This document shows, one piece after another, positions 20,385 through 30,628 of a stretch of DNA of 64,000 nucleotides; the stretch's first letter is position 1, and every line of letters begins with the position of its first letter. Source of the DNA: Bacteroidota bacterium (GTDB lineage: Bacteria > Bacteroidota > Bacteroidia > Flavobacteriales > Flavobacteriaceae); assembly GCA_036161535.1 (NCBI GenBank), contig JAYYCW010000059.1, positions 203 through 64,202 of the forward strand, written 5' to 3'. The notes under the pieces are model-generated. The model saw only the letters and a list, made by a program, of their open reading frames with translations. It was not told where the DNA came from and made no database searches. A program made the position numbers and the translations under genes.

Positions 20385-21131
20385 ATGAAACACTTTACTT
20401 ACATCTTCCTTTTTCTTACAATTTTCGCTTGCGATCAAAACAATGCATGGGACTGTATTCAAACTTCTGGTCCTTTGGTAATTGAAGAATTAACTCTGGA
20501 ACCTTTTGAAAAAATTCTTGTCAATCGAGACATTTCTTTGACCATAAAACAAGGAACGGATTATAAAGTTGATGTTGAAACTGGAGAAAACCTTATGGGT
20601 GATATTGAAATATCTGTTGTTGGAAAACAGCTTCAATTATCCGATAATAACCGTTGTAACTTGGTGAGAGATTACGGGCTTACCAAAATGACGGTAACAA
20701 CGCCTTATCTCAATGAAATTAGGAGCAGCACACAATATTTAACGACATCAGAGGGTGTTTTGAATTTTGAAAACTTGAATCTTATCTCTGAAAATTACAA
20801 CTCAGATTTTATCAGCTCAGGTAACTTTAATTTGAAAGTAAATTCTCAAACGCTTTCAATCACGGCTAATAATTTATCCGTTTTTAGAATTTCAGGCTCA
20901 ACCGATTCCTTATCAGTTCAGTTTTTTGGAGGTGTTTGTGAATTTAAAGGGGATAATTTAATTGCTGAGCACATCAATATTTTTCAACGAAGCAGTCACG
21001 ATATGATATTAAATCCCCAACAATCTTTAGAAGGCGAGATCCGAAGTACGGGTAATGTTATCAGTGTTCACACCCCAGCCGTGGTGAATGTTGAGCAATT
21101 TTACATGGGGCAATTATTTTTTTTAGATTGA
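20385..21131 (+). CDS. Head GIN domain (DUF2807-like) lipoprotein
   Basis: Lipobox IFAC; Gly-spaced beta-repeats (SGNF, TGNV). Confidence 0.7.
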   Translation: MKHFTYIFLFLTIFACDQNNAWDCIQTSGPLVIEELTLEPFEKILVNRDISLTIKQGTDYKVDVETGENLMGDIEISVVGKQLQLSDNNRCNLVRDYGLTKMTVTTPYLNEIRSSTQYLTTSEGVLNFENLNLISENYNSDFISSGNFNLKVNSQTLSITANNLSVFRISGSTDSLSVQFFGGVCEFKGDNLIAEHINIFQRSSHDMILNPQQSLEGEIRSTGNVISVHTPAVVNVEQFYMGQLFFLD

Positions 21132-21278
21132 AAAATCATTCGCTTATGCTTGTTTGACTAGTCATTTTATTCGCCTTTTTTTCAATCTCACTAATTTTAT
21201 ATTTAAAACGTAAAAAAAAGAAGATTGAATTTTGTTTTGATAAAAAAATATTTACATTAGCGCAGCAATTAAAAAACA

Positions 21279-21347
21279 ATGCAAAATATAAATTACACGT
21301 TTTATAACTGGTATTATTTCTTTTTTAACAAAAGAATCGAGGCCTAA
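21279..21347 (+). CDS. Aromatic amino-acid attenuator leader peptide MQNINYTFYNWYYFFFNKRIEA
   Basis: ATG 21279 to TAA 21347; 9 of codons 6-16 are Tyr (4), Phe (4) or Trp (1); lies directly upstream of pheA. Confidence 0.85.
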   Translation: MQNINYTFYNWYYFFFNKRIEA

Positions 21348-21378
21348 CACCTGTAATTTAAAAGTAAATTTCAACTGG

Positions 21379-21409
21379 AGTCTCGATTTTAACATCGAGA
21401 TTTTTTTTT
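21379..21409 (+). terminator. Attenuator terminator of the pheA operon
   Basis: TCTCGAT-tttaac-ATCGAGA followed by T9 abutting the pheA ATG; the left arm can alternatively pair with AATCGAGGC (21335-21343). Confidence 0.85.
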
Positions 21410-22231
21410 ATGAGCAAAAAAGTCGCCATACAAGGAGTTCAAGGATCATTTCACCACATGGTCTGTCAACGCTATTTTACAAGCGGTGTTGGCATTGAAC
21501 CCTTACTTACCTTCAAACAAGTTGTTGAGGCTTTGACTGCAAAAAAAGTGGATGCCGCTGTGATGGCTCTTGAAAATTCCATTGCAGGCTCTATAATTCC
21601 AAATTATGCCATGATCGATGCCAATGAATTGCATATTACAGGTGAGTATTATCTTGATGTACAACACAACCTTATGGCACTTACTGGCCAGAGTATTGCT
21701 CACATAAAAGAGGTCTATTCTCATCCAATGGCTTTGTTGCAATGTCAAGCATTTTTTGACAAGCACCCTCATATTAAACTGGTGGAAGACACCGATACAG
21801 CCGAAGTAGCGCAAAGAATACACAAACAGCAAATCAATGGAATTGCAGCCATCGCCAGTACTGCTGCAGCAGAAATATACCAGCTTGAGATTTTAGCCCA
21901 GAACATCCAAACCATCCAAACCAATGAAACCCGTTTTGTAATTATTGAACGCCTCCCCAACACGGCTTCAACGATCAACAAGGCGTCTTTAAAGTTTTTG
22001 TTGGACCACAAGCGTGGGAGTTTGGCAGCCATGTTAAATGTTATGAGTGATTGTAGGTTAAATCTTACTAAGATCCAGTCTCTTCCCAAAATTGATACCC
22101 CTTGGAAATATGCTTTTTTTGTGGATGTTACTTTCGAAGCTTTTGAAGATTATGAGAAGGCTATAGCCATTATGGGGATCATGGCAGATGAATTTAAAGT
22201 TTTGGGAACCTATAATAACGCCAAAAAATGA
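21410..22231 (+). CDS. pheA: Prephenate dehydratase
   Basis: QGVQGSFH, ENSIAGSI, SHPMALLQC, NETRF, ACT domain LTKIQSLP. Confidence 0.95.
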   Translation: MSKKVAIQGVQGSFHHMVCQRYFTSGVGIEPLLTFKQVVEALTAKKVDAAVMALENSIAGSIIPNYAMIDANELHITGEYYLDVQHNLMALTGQSIAHIKEVYSHPMALLQCQAFFDKHPHIKLVEDTDTAEVAQRIHKQQINGIAAIASTAAAEIYQLEILAQNIQTIQTNETRFVIIERLPNTASTINKASLKFLLDHKRGSLAAMLNVMSDCRLNLTKIQSLPKIDTPWKYAFFVDVTFEAFEDYEKAIAIMGIMADEFKVLGTYNNAKK

Positions 22232-23373
22232 CAGTGGTTGCCAAACGTTTACATACAGTTGAAGAATACTATTTCTCAAAGAAATTGAAAGCTATTCGCA
22301 CTCTTATATCAAAGGGTGCACCGGTGATTAATCTCGGTATTGGCAGCCCTGACTTGCCACCACACCCCTCTGTTATAGAGGCCTTAAAAACCAGTTTATT
22401 AGACCCTGGGGCCCATAAATACCAAAGCTATCAAGGTTTACCGGAGCTTAGGGATGCCATTTCTAATTTTTATAAAAACAATTATGATGTTTCTTTAAAT
22501 CCAGAAAATGAAATATTACCCTTGATGGGAAGTAAAGAAGGAATCATGCACATTTCCATGGCCTATCTGAACCAAGAGGATGCCGTTTTAATTCCTAATC
22601 CAGGTTATCCTACCTACAGCGCAGTTGCTAAATTGTTGGGTGCAGTTCCTGTTTATTACGATTTAAACAAAGCACAAGATTGGCAGCCGGATATTGCAAA
22701 ATTGCAATCAAAAGATTTGTCAAAGGTCAAATTGATGTGGGTGAATTACCCCCATATGCCCACGGGAACAACAGGCGACAAAGCGCGTCTACAGTCTTTG
22801 ATAAAATTTGCCACTAAACACAATATTTTATTGGTCAATGACAACCCATACAGCTTTGTATTGAACAATCAACCTAAAAGCATTTTAAATTTTAAAGGGG
22901 CCAAGGCCTGTTGTTTGGAACTAAATTCCCTCAGTAAAAGTTTTAATATGGCCGGCTGGCGCGTCGGCATGCTTTGTGGGGCCACCTATCACATTCAAAA
23001 TGTTTTAAAGGTCAAAAGCAATATGGATTCTGGTATGTTTTACAGCATTCAAAAAGGCGCGATTGCTGCCTTAAATGTCTCAAAACAGTGGTTCGATAAT
23101 TTGAATGCAGTCTATGAAAAACGCCGTTTATTAGTCTGGAAATTGGCATCGCAGTTGGGTTGTACTTACGACAAAAATAGTTCTGGAATGTTTGTTTGGG
23201 CAAAATTGCCCAACAGTTGCAACTCCGAACAATTTATTGATGATTTGTTAGACCAAAAACATATTTTTATTGCGCCGGGTACTATTTTTGGTTCCAATGG
23301 TGCAGGCTTTGTTCGTTTTTCATTATGTGCGGACGATAGAGCCATTAAAGAAGCCATAAAACGAACCGCATGA
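22228..23373 (+). CDS. Class I/II PLP-dependent aminotransferase (probable aromatic/prephenate aminotransferase)
   Basis: NLGIGSPD, GSKEG, NPGYPTY, SLSKSFNMAGWRVG; operon context. Confidence 0.85.
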   Translation: MTVVAKRLHTVEEYYFSKKLKAIRTLISKGAPVINLGIGSPDLPPHPSVIEALKTSLLDPGAHKYQSYQGLPELRDAISNFYKNNYDVSLNPENEILPLMGSKEGIMHISMAYLNQEDAVLIPNPGYPTYSAVAKLLGAVPVYYDLNKAQDWQPDIAKLQSKDLSKVKLMWVNYPHMPTGTTGDKARLQSLIKFATKHNILLVNDNPYSFVLNNQPKSILNFKGAKACCLELNSLSKSFNMAGWRVGMLCGATYHIQNVLKVKSNMDSGMFYSIQKGAIAALNVSKQWFDNLNAVYEKRRLLVWKLASQLGCTYDKNSSGMFVWAKLPNSCNSEQFIDDLLDQKHIFIAPGTIFGSNGAGFVRFSLCADDRAIKEAIKRTA

Positions 23374-24221
23374 AAAATGTAAGCATCATAGGGGTTGGAC
23401 TTATAGGCGGGAGTTTTGCGCTAAATTTAAAAGCACTTTACAATGAGGTGCTCATTCAGGGTATTGACCACAATACCAAGCATATCTCCCAAGCCCTCTC
23501 TTTGGATATAATTCAAAAAGAAGGGACTTTAGAATCTATTAGTCAGTCTGATTTGATTGTTCTTGCAGTACCTGTAAATGTGACTTTAGAAATTTTGCCC
23601 ACTGTTTTGGATAAACTGTCTCCAAAAGGCATTGTCATTGATATGGGCTCCACCAAAGCTTCCATTTGTCAGGCGGTTGATTCACATCCAAAACGGGCTC
23701 AGTTTTTAGCCAATCACCCCATAGCAGGAACTGAATTTTCGGGGCCTGCTGCGGCGCATTTGAGTTTATTTAAAAATAAGACCAATATTATTTGCGATAT
23801 AGAAAAGACAGACTCTAAGCTTTCAAAACCCGTTATAGCACTTTTAGAGGCCATGGAGATGAACATTCGTTATATGAACTCAGAGGCTCACGATAAGCAC
23901 ATCGCCTATGTTTCTCATTTATCCCATATTAGTTCTTTTATGTTGGGTAAAACCGTCATTGAAAAAGAAAAAAACGAGCGCAATATTTTTGATATGGCTA
24001 GTAGTGGATTCGAATCTACGGTACGCTTGGCCAAAAGTTCTCCAGAGATGTGGACCCCTATTTTTGAACAAAATAAGGCCAATGTCATTGAAACTCTCCA
24101 AGAGTACATTCAAAATTTAAATCATTTTAAATCACTTATGGAATCAAGTGACTTTGAGGCTATTCGCGATGAAATGAAAAATACAAACCATATCAAAACA
24201 ATTTTAAAAGGAATTTCTTAA
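23370..24221 (+). CDS. tyrA: Prephenate dehydrogenase
   Basis: IIGVGLIGGS, DMGSTK, HPIAGTEFSG, HD..AYVSHL, RLAKSSPEMW. Confidence 0.93.
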   Translation: MKNVSIIGVGLIGGSFALNLKALYNEVLIQGIDHNTKHISQALSLDIIQKEGTLESISQSDLIVLAVPVNVTLEILPTVLDKLSPKGIVIDMGSTKASICQAVDSHPKRAQFLANHPIAGTEFSGPAAAHLSLFKNKTNIICDIEKTDSKLSKPVIALLEAMEMNIRYMNSEAHDKHIAYVSHLSHISSFMLGKTVIEKEKNERNIFDMASSGFESTVRLAKSSPEMWTPIFEQNKANVIETLQEYIQNLNHFKSLMESSDFEAIRDEMKNTNHIKTILKGIS

Positions 24222-24233
24222 AACCGATAAACA

Positions 24234-25316
24234 ATGGAAAACAGCAATCAATTAAGATCTTGGCTTGACGATATGCAATTGGATCATCCGCTGCTCATTG
24301 CGGGTCCTTGCAGTGCAGAAACCGAATCACAAGTATTGGAAATTGCCTACCAATTAAAAGACACAGATGTCAATTATTACAGAGCCGGTATTTGGAAACC
24401 ACGAACTCGTCCTGGAAATTTTGAAGGTGTTGGTGCTTTGGGGCTTAAGTGGCTTCAAAAAGTAAAGGCTGAAACAGGTCTTAAAACAGCTACAGAAGTG
24501 GCAAATAGAACCCATGTTGAATTGGCTCTTGAGCACGACATTGACTTGCTGTGGATTGGTGCACGCTCAACAGTCAGCCCTTTCATTGTTCAAGAAATTG
24601 CCGATGCTTTACAGGGGACTGATAAAATTGTTTTTATCAAAAACCCTGTCAATCCAGACTTGGCATTGTGGTTGGGAGCTGTAGAGCGCCTAAAATCTGC
24701 AAATATTCGAAATTTAGGCGTTATACACCGCGGATTTTCAACTTATGGAAAATCTAAGTACAGGAACAATCCTGAGTGGCAGTTGGCCATTGAGCTACAA
24801 ACAAAATTTCCAGACCTTCCGCTAATAAATGATCCCTCTCATATTACTGGAAAGCGAGATATGGTATTTGATGTCAGTCAAACGGCTCTAGATTTAAACT
24901 TCGATGGGCTGATGATTGAAACCCATACCGATCCAGACAAGGCTTGGAGTGATGCAGCTCAGCAAATTACACCAGAGACACTCATACAGTATACTAAGGA
25001 TCTAAAAATCAGAAAAGAAAGCACTTATGAAGTTGATTACACTAATGAACTTCAACAACTCAGAGCAAAGATTGACATAGCGGACAATCAATTGTTAGAA
25101 ACCTTGGGCAAACGCATGCTAGTAGCCGAAGCCATAGGGAAACTCAAAAAAGATAAAAATGTTGCTGTTTTGCAAAGTAAACGCTGGAATGAAATCTTGG
25201 GTAAAATGGTATTGGAAGGCGAGCAACACAGATTAAGTGAAGAATTTATTCTTAAGTTGTTTAAAGCCATTCACCAAGAATCAATCAACCACCAAAAACA
25301 AATTTTAAAGGGATAA
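24234..25316 (+). CDS. Bifunctional DAHP synthase / chorismate mutase type II
   Basis: IAGPCSAE, WKPRTRP, WIGAR, DPSH; C-terminal CM domain (LRAKIDIAD...R...K). Confidence 0.93.
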   Translation: MENSNQLRSWLDDMQLDHPLLIAGPCSAETESQVLEIAYQLKDTDVNYYRAGIWKPRTRPGNFEGVGALGLKWLQKVKAETGLKTATEVANRTHVELALEHDIDLLWIGARSTVSPFIVQEIADALQGTDKIVFIKNPVNPDLALWLGAVERLKSANIRNLGVIHRGFSTYGKSKYRNNPEWQLAIELQTKFPDLPLINDPSHITGKRDMVFDVSQTALDLNFDGLMIETHTDPDKAWSDAAQQITPETLIQYTKDLKIRKESTYEVDYTNELQQLRAKIDIADNQLLETLGKRMLVAEAIGKLKKDKNVAVLQSKRWNEILGKMVLEGEQHRLSEEFILKLFKAIHQESINHQKQILKG

Positions 25317-25346
25317 AAAAAGGCTCGCAATTGCGAGTCTTTTTTT
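25316..25346 (+). terminator. Intrinsic terminator of the aromatic operon
   Basis: AAAAAAGGCTCGC-AATT-GCGAGTCTTTTTTT. Confidence 0.85.
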
Positions 25347-25416
25347 GCAAATTGATTTTTAAGAGAAAGAGTAAAAAAGAAATTTGTTTCTTTGTTTTGG
25401 AATAGCTTGCACAAAT

Positions 25417-26367
25417 ATGATAGGAACAGTTTATAAATCCACAGGCAGTTGGTACCTTGTAAAGGCTTTAGATGGGACTTTTTACGAATGTCGCATCAAG
25501 GGAAAGTTTCGTATAAGAGGGATTAAAAGTACCAATCCCATAGCAGTGGGAGATGTAGTTGAATTTGATCTTGAGCAAAGCAACAACAAAGAAACAGGTG
25601 TCATCAATACCATCCAAACACGAAAAAATTACATTGTTAGAAAATCGGTCAACCTCTCCAAACAGACCCATATCATTGCCAGTAATGTTGATCAAGTTTT
25701 TTTACTAATTACATTGGATACCCCCCCAACTTCTACCTCTTTTATCGACCGTTTTCTGTTGACTGCAGAGGCTTACGGAATCAAAGCTATATTACTTTTT
25801 AATAAAATGGATATTACAAAAGGAGATTCTATTTTAAACTTAAATGCTTTGATAGAAATTTATTCCAATATAGGTTATGAGTGCTTGAAAATATCTGCCA
25901 AAAATGGAGATAATTTAGAAGCTGTTAAAAGCATGATGAAGGCAAAAACCAGTATGTTCTCTGGACATTCTGGAGTTGGAAAATCTACTTTGGTCAATAC
26001 CATCGAACCCACTTTAAATCTAAAAACAAAAGCCATTTCTGAAATGCATCAACAAGGTCAGCACACTACTACTTTTGCTGAAATGTTTGATTTGAGTTTT
26101 GGGGCTCATATCATAGACACCCCAGGCATCAAGGGCTTTGGAGTCGTGGATATGGATGCTGCTGAATTGGACCAATATTTCCCAGAAATGTTTGCTCTGA
26201 AGACAAATTGTAAGTTTCACAATTGCCAACACTTACACGAGCCAAAATGTGCTGTAAAAGCGGCCGTTAGTGCAGGAAAAATAGCGGCCTCCCGCTATAA
26301 GTCCTATTTACAAATATTGGAGGGAGAGGGGGCTCATTACCGAACTGATTCATACGACATAGCATGA
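25417..26367 (+). CDS. rsgA: Small-subunit ribosome biogenesis GTPase
   Basis: NKMD, GHSGVGKS, HTTT, DTPG, CKFHNCQHLHEPKC zinc finger; start taken at ATG 25417. Confidence 0.96.
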   Translation: MIGTVYKSTGSWYLVKALDGTFYECRIKGKFRIRGIKSTNPIAVGDVVEFDLEQSNNKETGVINTIQTRKNYIVRKSVNLSKQTHIIASNVDQVFLLITLDTPPTSTSFIDRFLLTAEAYGIKAILLFNKMDITKGDSILNLNALIEIYSNIGYECLKISAKNGDNLEAVKSMMKAKTSMFSGHSGVGKSTLVNTIEPTLNLKTKAISEMHQQGQHTTTFAEMFDLSFGAHIIDTPGIKGFGVVDMDAAELDQYFPEMFALKTNCKFHNCQHLHEPKCAVKAAVSAGKIAASRYKSYLQILEGEGAHYRTDSYDIA

Positions 26368-26816
26368 GAGTTGTACTTCAAAGAGTCAAACAGGCTCAGG
26401 TATCAGTGGGGTCTGAAATTAAGGGTCATATTGAATTAGGACTTTTAATTTTTGTAGGGATTGCCTCAGAAGATTCAGCGGAAGATATTGATTGGCTCTG
26501 TAATAAAATTTGCAACCTGCGAATTTTTCATGACCCACAGGGTCAAATGAATTTGTCTTTAAAAGATATTGACGGGGAGGCTTTGGTTGTCAGTCAATTT
26601 ACCCTGCACGCCCAGACTAATAAAGGAAACCGTCCTAGCTATATCAAAGCTGCTAAACCTAATTTGGCATTGCCGCTTTACAAGTTGTTTATAAAGCAAT
26701 TTGAAAATAATTTTGGCAAAAAAATTAATACGGGTGTTTTTGGCGCTGAGATGATGGTCTCACTTGTAAATGATGGGCCGGTCACCTTAATTATTGACAG
26801 TAAAAATCGATTGTGA
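26364..26816 (+). CDS. dtd: D-aminoacyl-tRNA deacylase
   Basis: MRVVLQRV, SQFTL, NDGPVT. Confidence 0.97.
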   Translation: MRVVLQRVKQAQVSVGSEIKGHIELGLLIFVGIASEDSAEDIDWLCNKICNLRIFHDPQGQMNLSLKDIDGEALVVSQFTLHAQTNKGNRPSYIKAAKPNLALPLYKLFIKQFENNFGKKINTGVFGAEMMVSLVNDGPVTLIIDSKNRL

Positions 26817-26874
26817 TTAGATTTGAAATCAAAGGCACATTTTTTAATTTAGTTGCAGTTAAAAAACAGTAATT

Positions 26875-27201
26875 ATGAACATCAAAAAAGCACAAAAAAC
26901 CGTTGATCAATGGATTAAAAACCATGGTGTCCGGTATTTCAATGAGTTGACCAACATGGCCCAGCTCACAGAAGAAGTGGGTGAGGTCGCTCGTATTATT
27001 GCAAGACGCTATGGTGAGCAAAGTGAAAAGGAAAGCGATAAAAATAAAGATCTAGGCGAAGAATTAGCCGATGTGCTCTTTGTGATACTTTGTCTGGCCA
27101 ATCAAACAGGAGTGGATTTACAAACAGCATTTGATAAAAAATTGGATTTAAAAACAAAGCGAGATCACCAGCGACACCACAACAATAACAAGTTGAAATA
27201 A
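26875..27201 (+). CDS. MazG-like nucleotide pyrophosphohydrolase
   Basis: EEVGEV...EELADV motif. Confidence 0.88.
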   Translation: MNIKKAQKTVDQWIKNHGVRYFNELTNMAQLTEEVGEVARIIARRYGEQSEKESDKNKDLGEELADVLFVILCLANQTGVDLQTAFDKKLDLKTKRDHQRHHNNNKLK

Positions 27202-27209
27202 ACGTGTAA

Positions 27210-28424
27210 ATGCTTTTAAAAAAATCAAAAATAAAGGCGTTTTCAAGGCTGCAAATTCCCGGCTCTAAAAGCGAATCAAACCGCGCATTGCTATTACAAG
27301 CACTCTACAATGGTTTAACAATTCAGAACCTTTCAAATTCTGATGACAGCAAGCTGATGAAAAATGCACTCTCTTCTAAAGCGACCAACATTGATATCCA
27401 CCACGCCGGTACAGCCATGCGATTTCTAACGGCCTATTATGCAGTTAACATGGGAAAGACTACTATTCTAACAGGTTCCGAGCGCATGCAACAGCGGCCT
27501 ATTAAAATATTGGTTGATGCGCTAAACTCATTAGGTGCTGACATTGGCTATATAAAAAATGAAGGCTATCCTCCACTTCTAATCAAAGGACGGCAACTCT
27601 CAAAAAAAATAGTTTATTTAAAATCTGATATCAGCAGTCAGTATATTTCTGCGTTGTTACTTATTGCCCCTTCTTTAAAAAACGGATTAGAGTTACACTT
27701 AGAGGGTAAAATCACTTCTTTGCCATATATAAAAATGACATTGGCACTCTTAGATGAGATGGGTGTTGAAACAAAATTTGAAGGCAATGTGATTGAGGTC
27801 CTTCCCCTTTCTAATCAAGTCTCAAAAATATTTACAGTGGAGTCGGATTGGTCCTCTGCTTCTTATTATTACAGCATTTTGGCCTTGAGTAATGTGGGGA
27901 CTCAAATTGACCTTTCTGACTATAAGTCTGAGAGCTTGCAAGGGGATGCTGTTTTGCGTAACATTTATAAAAAATTGGGAGTAGAAAGTAGCTTTTCTGG
28001 CACCATCCTTTCGCTGAAAAAAGTACAGCGGCCTTTGCCCGCTTGTTTGGCTTTGGATTTGTCCGATGCTCCCGACATCGCCCAAACCATTGTGGTGAGT
28101 TGTTTAGGACTTGAAATCGACTGTGATTTAACGGGTTTACATACCCTGAAAATCAAAGAAACAGACCGCTTAGTCGCCCTAAAAAATGAAATTAAAAAAT
28201 TGGGAACGGAATTGAAAATTACAGATAACAGCCTGCATTTAAACAATGTGGCCTCACTTAATTGCGATGTTCATATTGCTACTTATAACGACCACCGCAT
28301 GGCCATGGCATTTGCTCCGCTAGCTCTTAGAGCGTCTTTGTATATTGAAAATGCTGAGGTTGTTTCCAAATCTTATCCCAATTTTTGGGAAGATCTTAAA
28401 AGCCTAGGTTTTAAATTACAATAA
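27210..28424 (+). CDS. aroA: EPSP synthase
   Basis: PGSKSESNR, AGTAMRF, SSQYIS, KETDR, DHRMAM, KSYP. Confidence 0.96.
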   Translation: MLLKKSKIKAFSRLQIPGSKSESNRALLLQALYNGLTIQNLSNSDDSKLMKNALSSKATNIDIHHAGTAMRFLTAYYAVNMGKTTILTGSERMQQRPIKILVDALNSLGADIGYIKNEGYPPLLIKGRQLSKKIVYLKSDISSQYISALLLIAPSLKNGLELHLEGKITSLPYIKMTLALLDEMGVETKFEGNVIEVLPLSNQVSKIFTVESDWSSASYYYSILALSNVGTQIDLSDYKSESLQGDAVLRNIYKKLGVESSFSGTILSLKKVQRPLPACLALDLSDAPDIAQTIVVSCLGLEIDCDLTGLHTLKIKETDRLVALKNEIKKLGTELKITDNSLHLNNVASLNCDVHIATYNDHRMAMAFAPLALRASLYIENAEVVSKSYPNFWEDLKSLGFKLQ

Positions 28425-28500
28425 TTAAAAAATAAAGCCCAATTTACTTGACATCGCCTATGGGCGAATTGTATATTTGGTACTTGTAAAAAAAGAATTT

Positions 28501-29550
28501 ATGAAATTATCACACTTTAGTTTTGAGTTGCCAAATGAACTTTTAGCAGAATATCCTTCAGAACACAGAGATGAAGCCCGCCTGATGGTTTTAAATCGGG
28601 AAAAGCAAACTATAGAACACAAATACTTCAAAGATTTGATTGATTATTTTGAAGAAGACGATGTGATGATTTTAAACAACACCAAAGTATTTCCAGCCCG
28701 TTTGTTTGGTAATAAAGAAAAAACAGGTGCCCGAATAGAGGTGTTTTTACTTCGTGAACTCAACGCAGAACAACGGCTATGGGACGTATTGGTAGATCCT
28801 GCAAGAAAAATTAGAATTGGGAATAAACTTTATTTTGGTGAAGATGAAAGTTTGGTTGCTGAAGTGATTGACAACACCACATCAAGGGGCAGAACTTTGC
28901 GTTTTTTGTTCGACGGCACTTATGAAGAATTCCGTTCAAAGCTAAATGAACTTGGACAAACCCCACTTCCCAAATACATCAAAAGAGAGGTCGAGCCCGA
29001 GGATGAAGACCGATATCAGACCATTTATGCAAAAAATGAAGGTGCGGTTGCAGCTCCCACTGCCGGACTTCATTTTTCTAAACACCTATTGAAGCGTTTG
29101 GAGATCAAAGGAATTAACTTCGCAGAAGTGACACTACATGTAGGACTAGGAACTTTTAGTCCTGTTGAGGTTGAAGATTTATCCAAACACAAAATGGATA
29201 GCGAGGAGATTATTATAGATGTTCCTGCCACACATACCATCAATAATGCATTGATTCAAAAACGCAGGATTTGCGCCGTAGGGACAACTGTTATGAGGTC
29301 TATTGAGAGTTCAGTTTCTTCCAGTAGCAATCTAAATCCGTTTTCAGGATGGACCAACAAATTTATTTTTCCTCCTTATGATTTTTCAATCGCCAATAGC
29401 ATGATTACAAATTTCCATACCCCAAAATCAACACTTTTGATGATGACAGCAGCTTTTGGAGGCTATGACTTTATCATGAAGGCTTATAAAGAAGCGGTCA
29501 AGGAGAAATACAAGTTTTACAGCTACGGTGATGCCATGCTAATCTTATAA
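28501..29550 (+). CDS. queA: SAM:tRNA ribosyltransferase-isomerase
   Basis: [44 protein letters not shown]; ATG at 28501 follows a TATATTTG box at 28472-28479. Confidence 0.97.
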   Translation: MKLSHFSFELPNELLAEYPSEHRDEARLMVLNREKQTIEHKYFKDLIDYFEEDDVMILNNTKVFPARLFGNKEKTGARIEVFLLRELNAEQRLWDVLVDPARKIRIGNKLYFGEDESLVAEVIDNTTSRGRTLRFLFDGTYEEFRSKLNELGQTPLPKYIKREVEPEDEDRYQTIYAKNEGAVAAPTAGLHFSKHLLKRLEIKGINFAEVTLHVGLGTFSPVEVEDLSKHKMDSEEIIIDVPATHTINNALIQKRRICAVGTTVMRSIESSVSSSSNLNPFSGWTNKFIFPPYDFSIANSMITNFHTPKSTLLMMTAAFGGYDFIMKAYKEAVKEKYKFYSYGDAMLIL

Positions 29551-29585
29551 ATACAAATCCTCTTAATGAGGCTTTTTTATGCATT

Positions 29586-30626
29586 GTGAATTCAGTAAAA
29601 AAAGATATAAGAGCGCTTTCAAAAGAAGATTTGATGGCTTTTTTTACCAAGCATTCTGACAGGGCCTATCGCGGTAAACAAGTTTATGAATGGCTTTGGA
29701 GAAAAGGAGCACATCGCTTTGAAGACATGACCAATCTTTCAAAACAAAACCGCCAACTGCTTCAAACTTCTTTCAGTATCAATCATATTGAAGTCGACAG
29801 CATGCAACGTAGCAGCGATGGTACGCTGAAGAATGCGGTTCGCCTTCACGACGGTCTAATCGTAGAATCGGTTTTAATTCCAACAGCCAAGCGCACCACT
29901 GCTTGTGTGTCATCACAAGTTGGCTGCAGTTTAGATTGTAAATTTTGTGCCACATCAAGGCTGAAGCGCATGCGCAATTTAAACCCCGATGAAATTTACG
30001 ATCAGGTCATGGCCATCGATAAGCAAAGCCGTCTTTATCACAACAAAAAGCTGACTAATATTGTCTTTATGGGTATGGGAGAGCCACTGATGAATTATAA
30101 CAATGTTTTAAAAGCCATTCAAATGATTACTTCTGATGAAGGTTTGGGGATGTCTCCAAAGCGCATTGTGGTTTCAACCTCTGGAATTCCAAAAATTATA
30201 AAAAAAATGGCGGAAGACGCGGTTAAATTCAATCTTGCAGTGTCTTTACACTCGGCCATAGACGAAGTTCGTAGTCAAATCATGCCTTTTAATGAAACCT
30301 TTCCATTAAAAGATTTGCGCGAAGCCCTGCAGTTTTGGTATGCCAAGACCAAGCGCAGAATCACATATGAGTATGTGGTATGGGAGGGTGTAAACGATTC
30401 TATAAAAGATATTTTGGCGCTTATTGACTTTTGCAAATTTGCACCCAGCAAGGTCAATATCATTGAATACAACCCTATTGACGACGGTGCCTTTCAACAG
30501 GCCAAACCCAAAGTAATTGCCCAATATGTTTCGATGTTAGAAGCCAAAAATATTACAGTTACCGTCCGCCGCTCAAGAGGAAAAGACATTGATGCAGCCT
30601 GTGGTCAATTGGCCAACAAATCCTAA
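29586..30626 (+). CDS. rlmN: 23S rRNA/tRNA m2A methyltransferase
   Basis: CVSSQVGCSLDCKFC radical-SAM motif, MGMGEP, DIDAACGQL. Confidence 0.97.
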   Translation: MNSVKKDIRALSKEDLMAFFTKHSDRAYRGKQVYEWLWRKGAHRFEDMTNLSKQNRQLLQTSFSINHIEVDSMQRSSDGTLKNAVRLHDGLIVESVLIPTAKRTTACVSSQVGCSLDCKFCATSRLKRMRNLNPDEIYDQVMAIDKQSRLYHNKKLTNIVFMGMGEPLMNYNNVLKAIQMITSDEGLGMSPKRIVVSTSGIPKIIKKMAEDAVKFNLAVSLHSAIDEVRSQIMPFNETFPLKDLREALQFWYAKTKRRITYEYVVWEGVNDSIKDILALIDFCKFAPSKVNIIEYNPIDDGAFQQAKPKVIAQYVSMLEAKNITVTVRRSRGKDIDAACGQLANKS

Positions 30627-30628
30627 GA

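Noticed and set aside
26875-27201. MazG-like gene as a possible anti-phage or toxin-antitoxin component
   Set aside because: Sits in a housekeeping dtd-aroA context with no defence genes adjacent
28456-28469. TCGCC-TATG-GGCGA hairpin before queA (preQ1-like element?)
   Set aside because: Lies upstream of the -7 box within the promoter spacer and lacks preQ1 consensus
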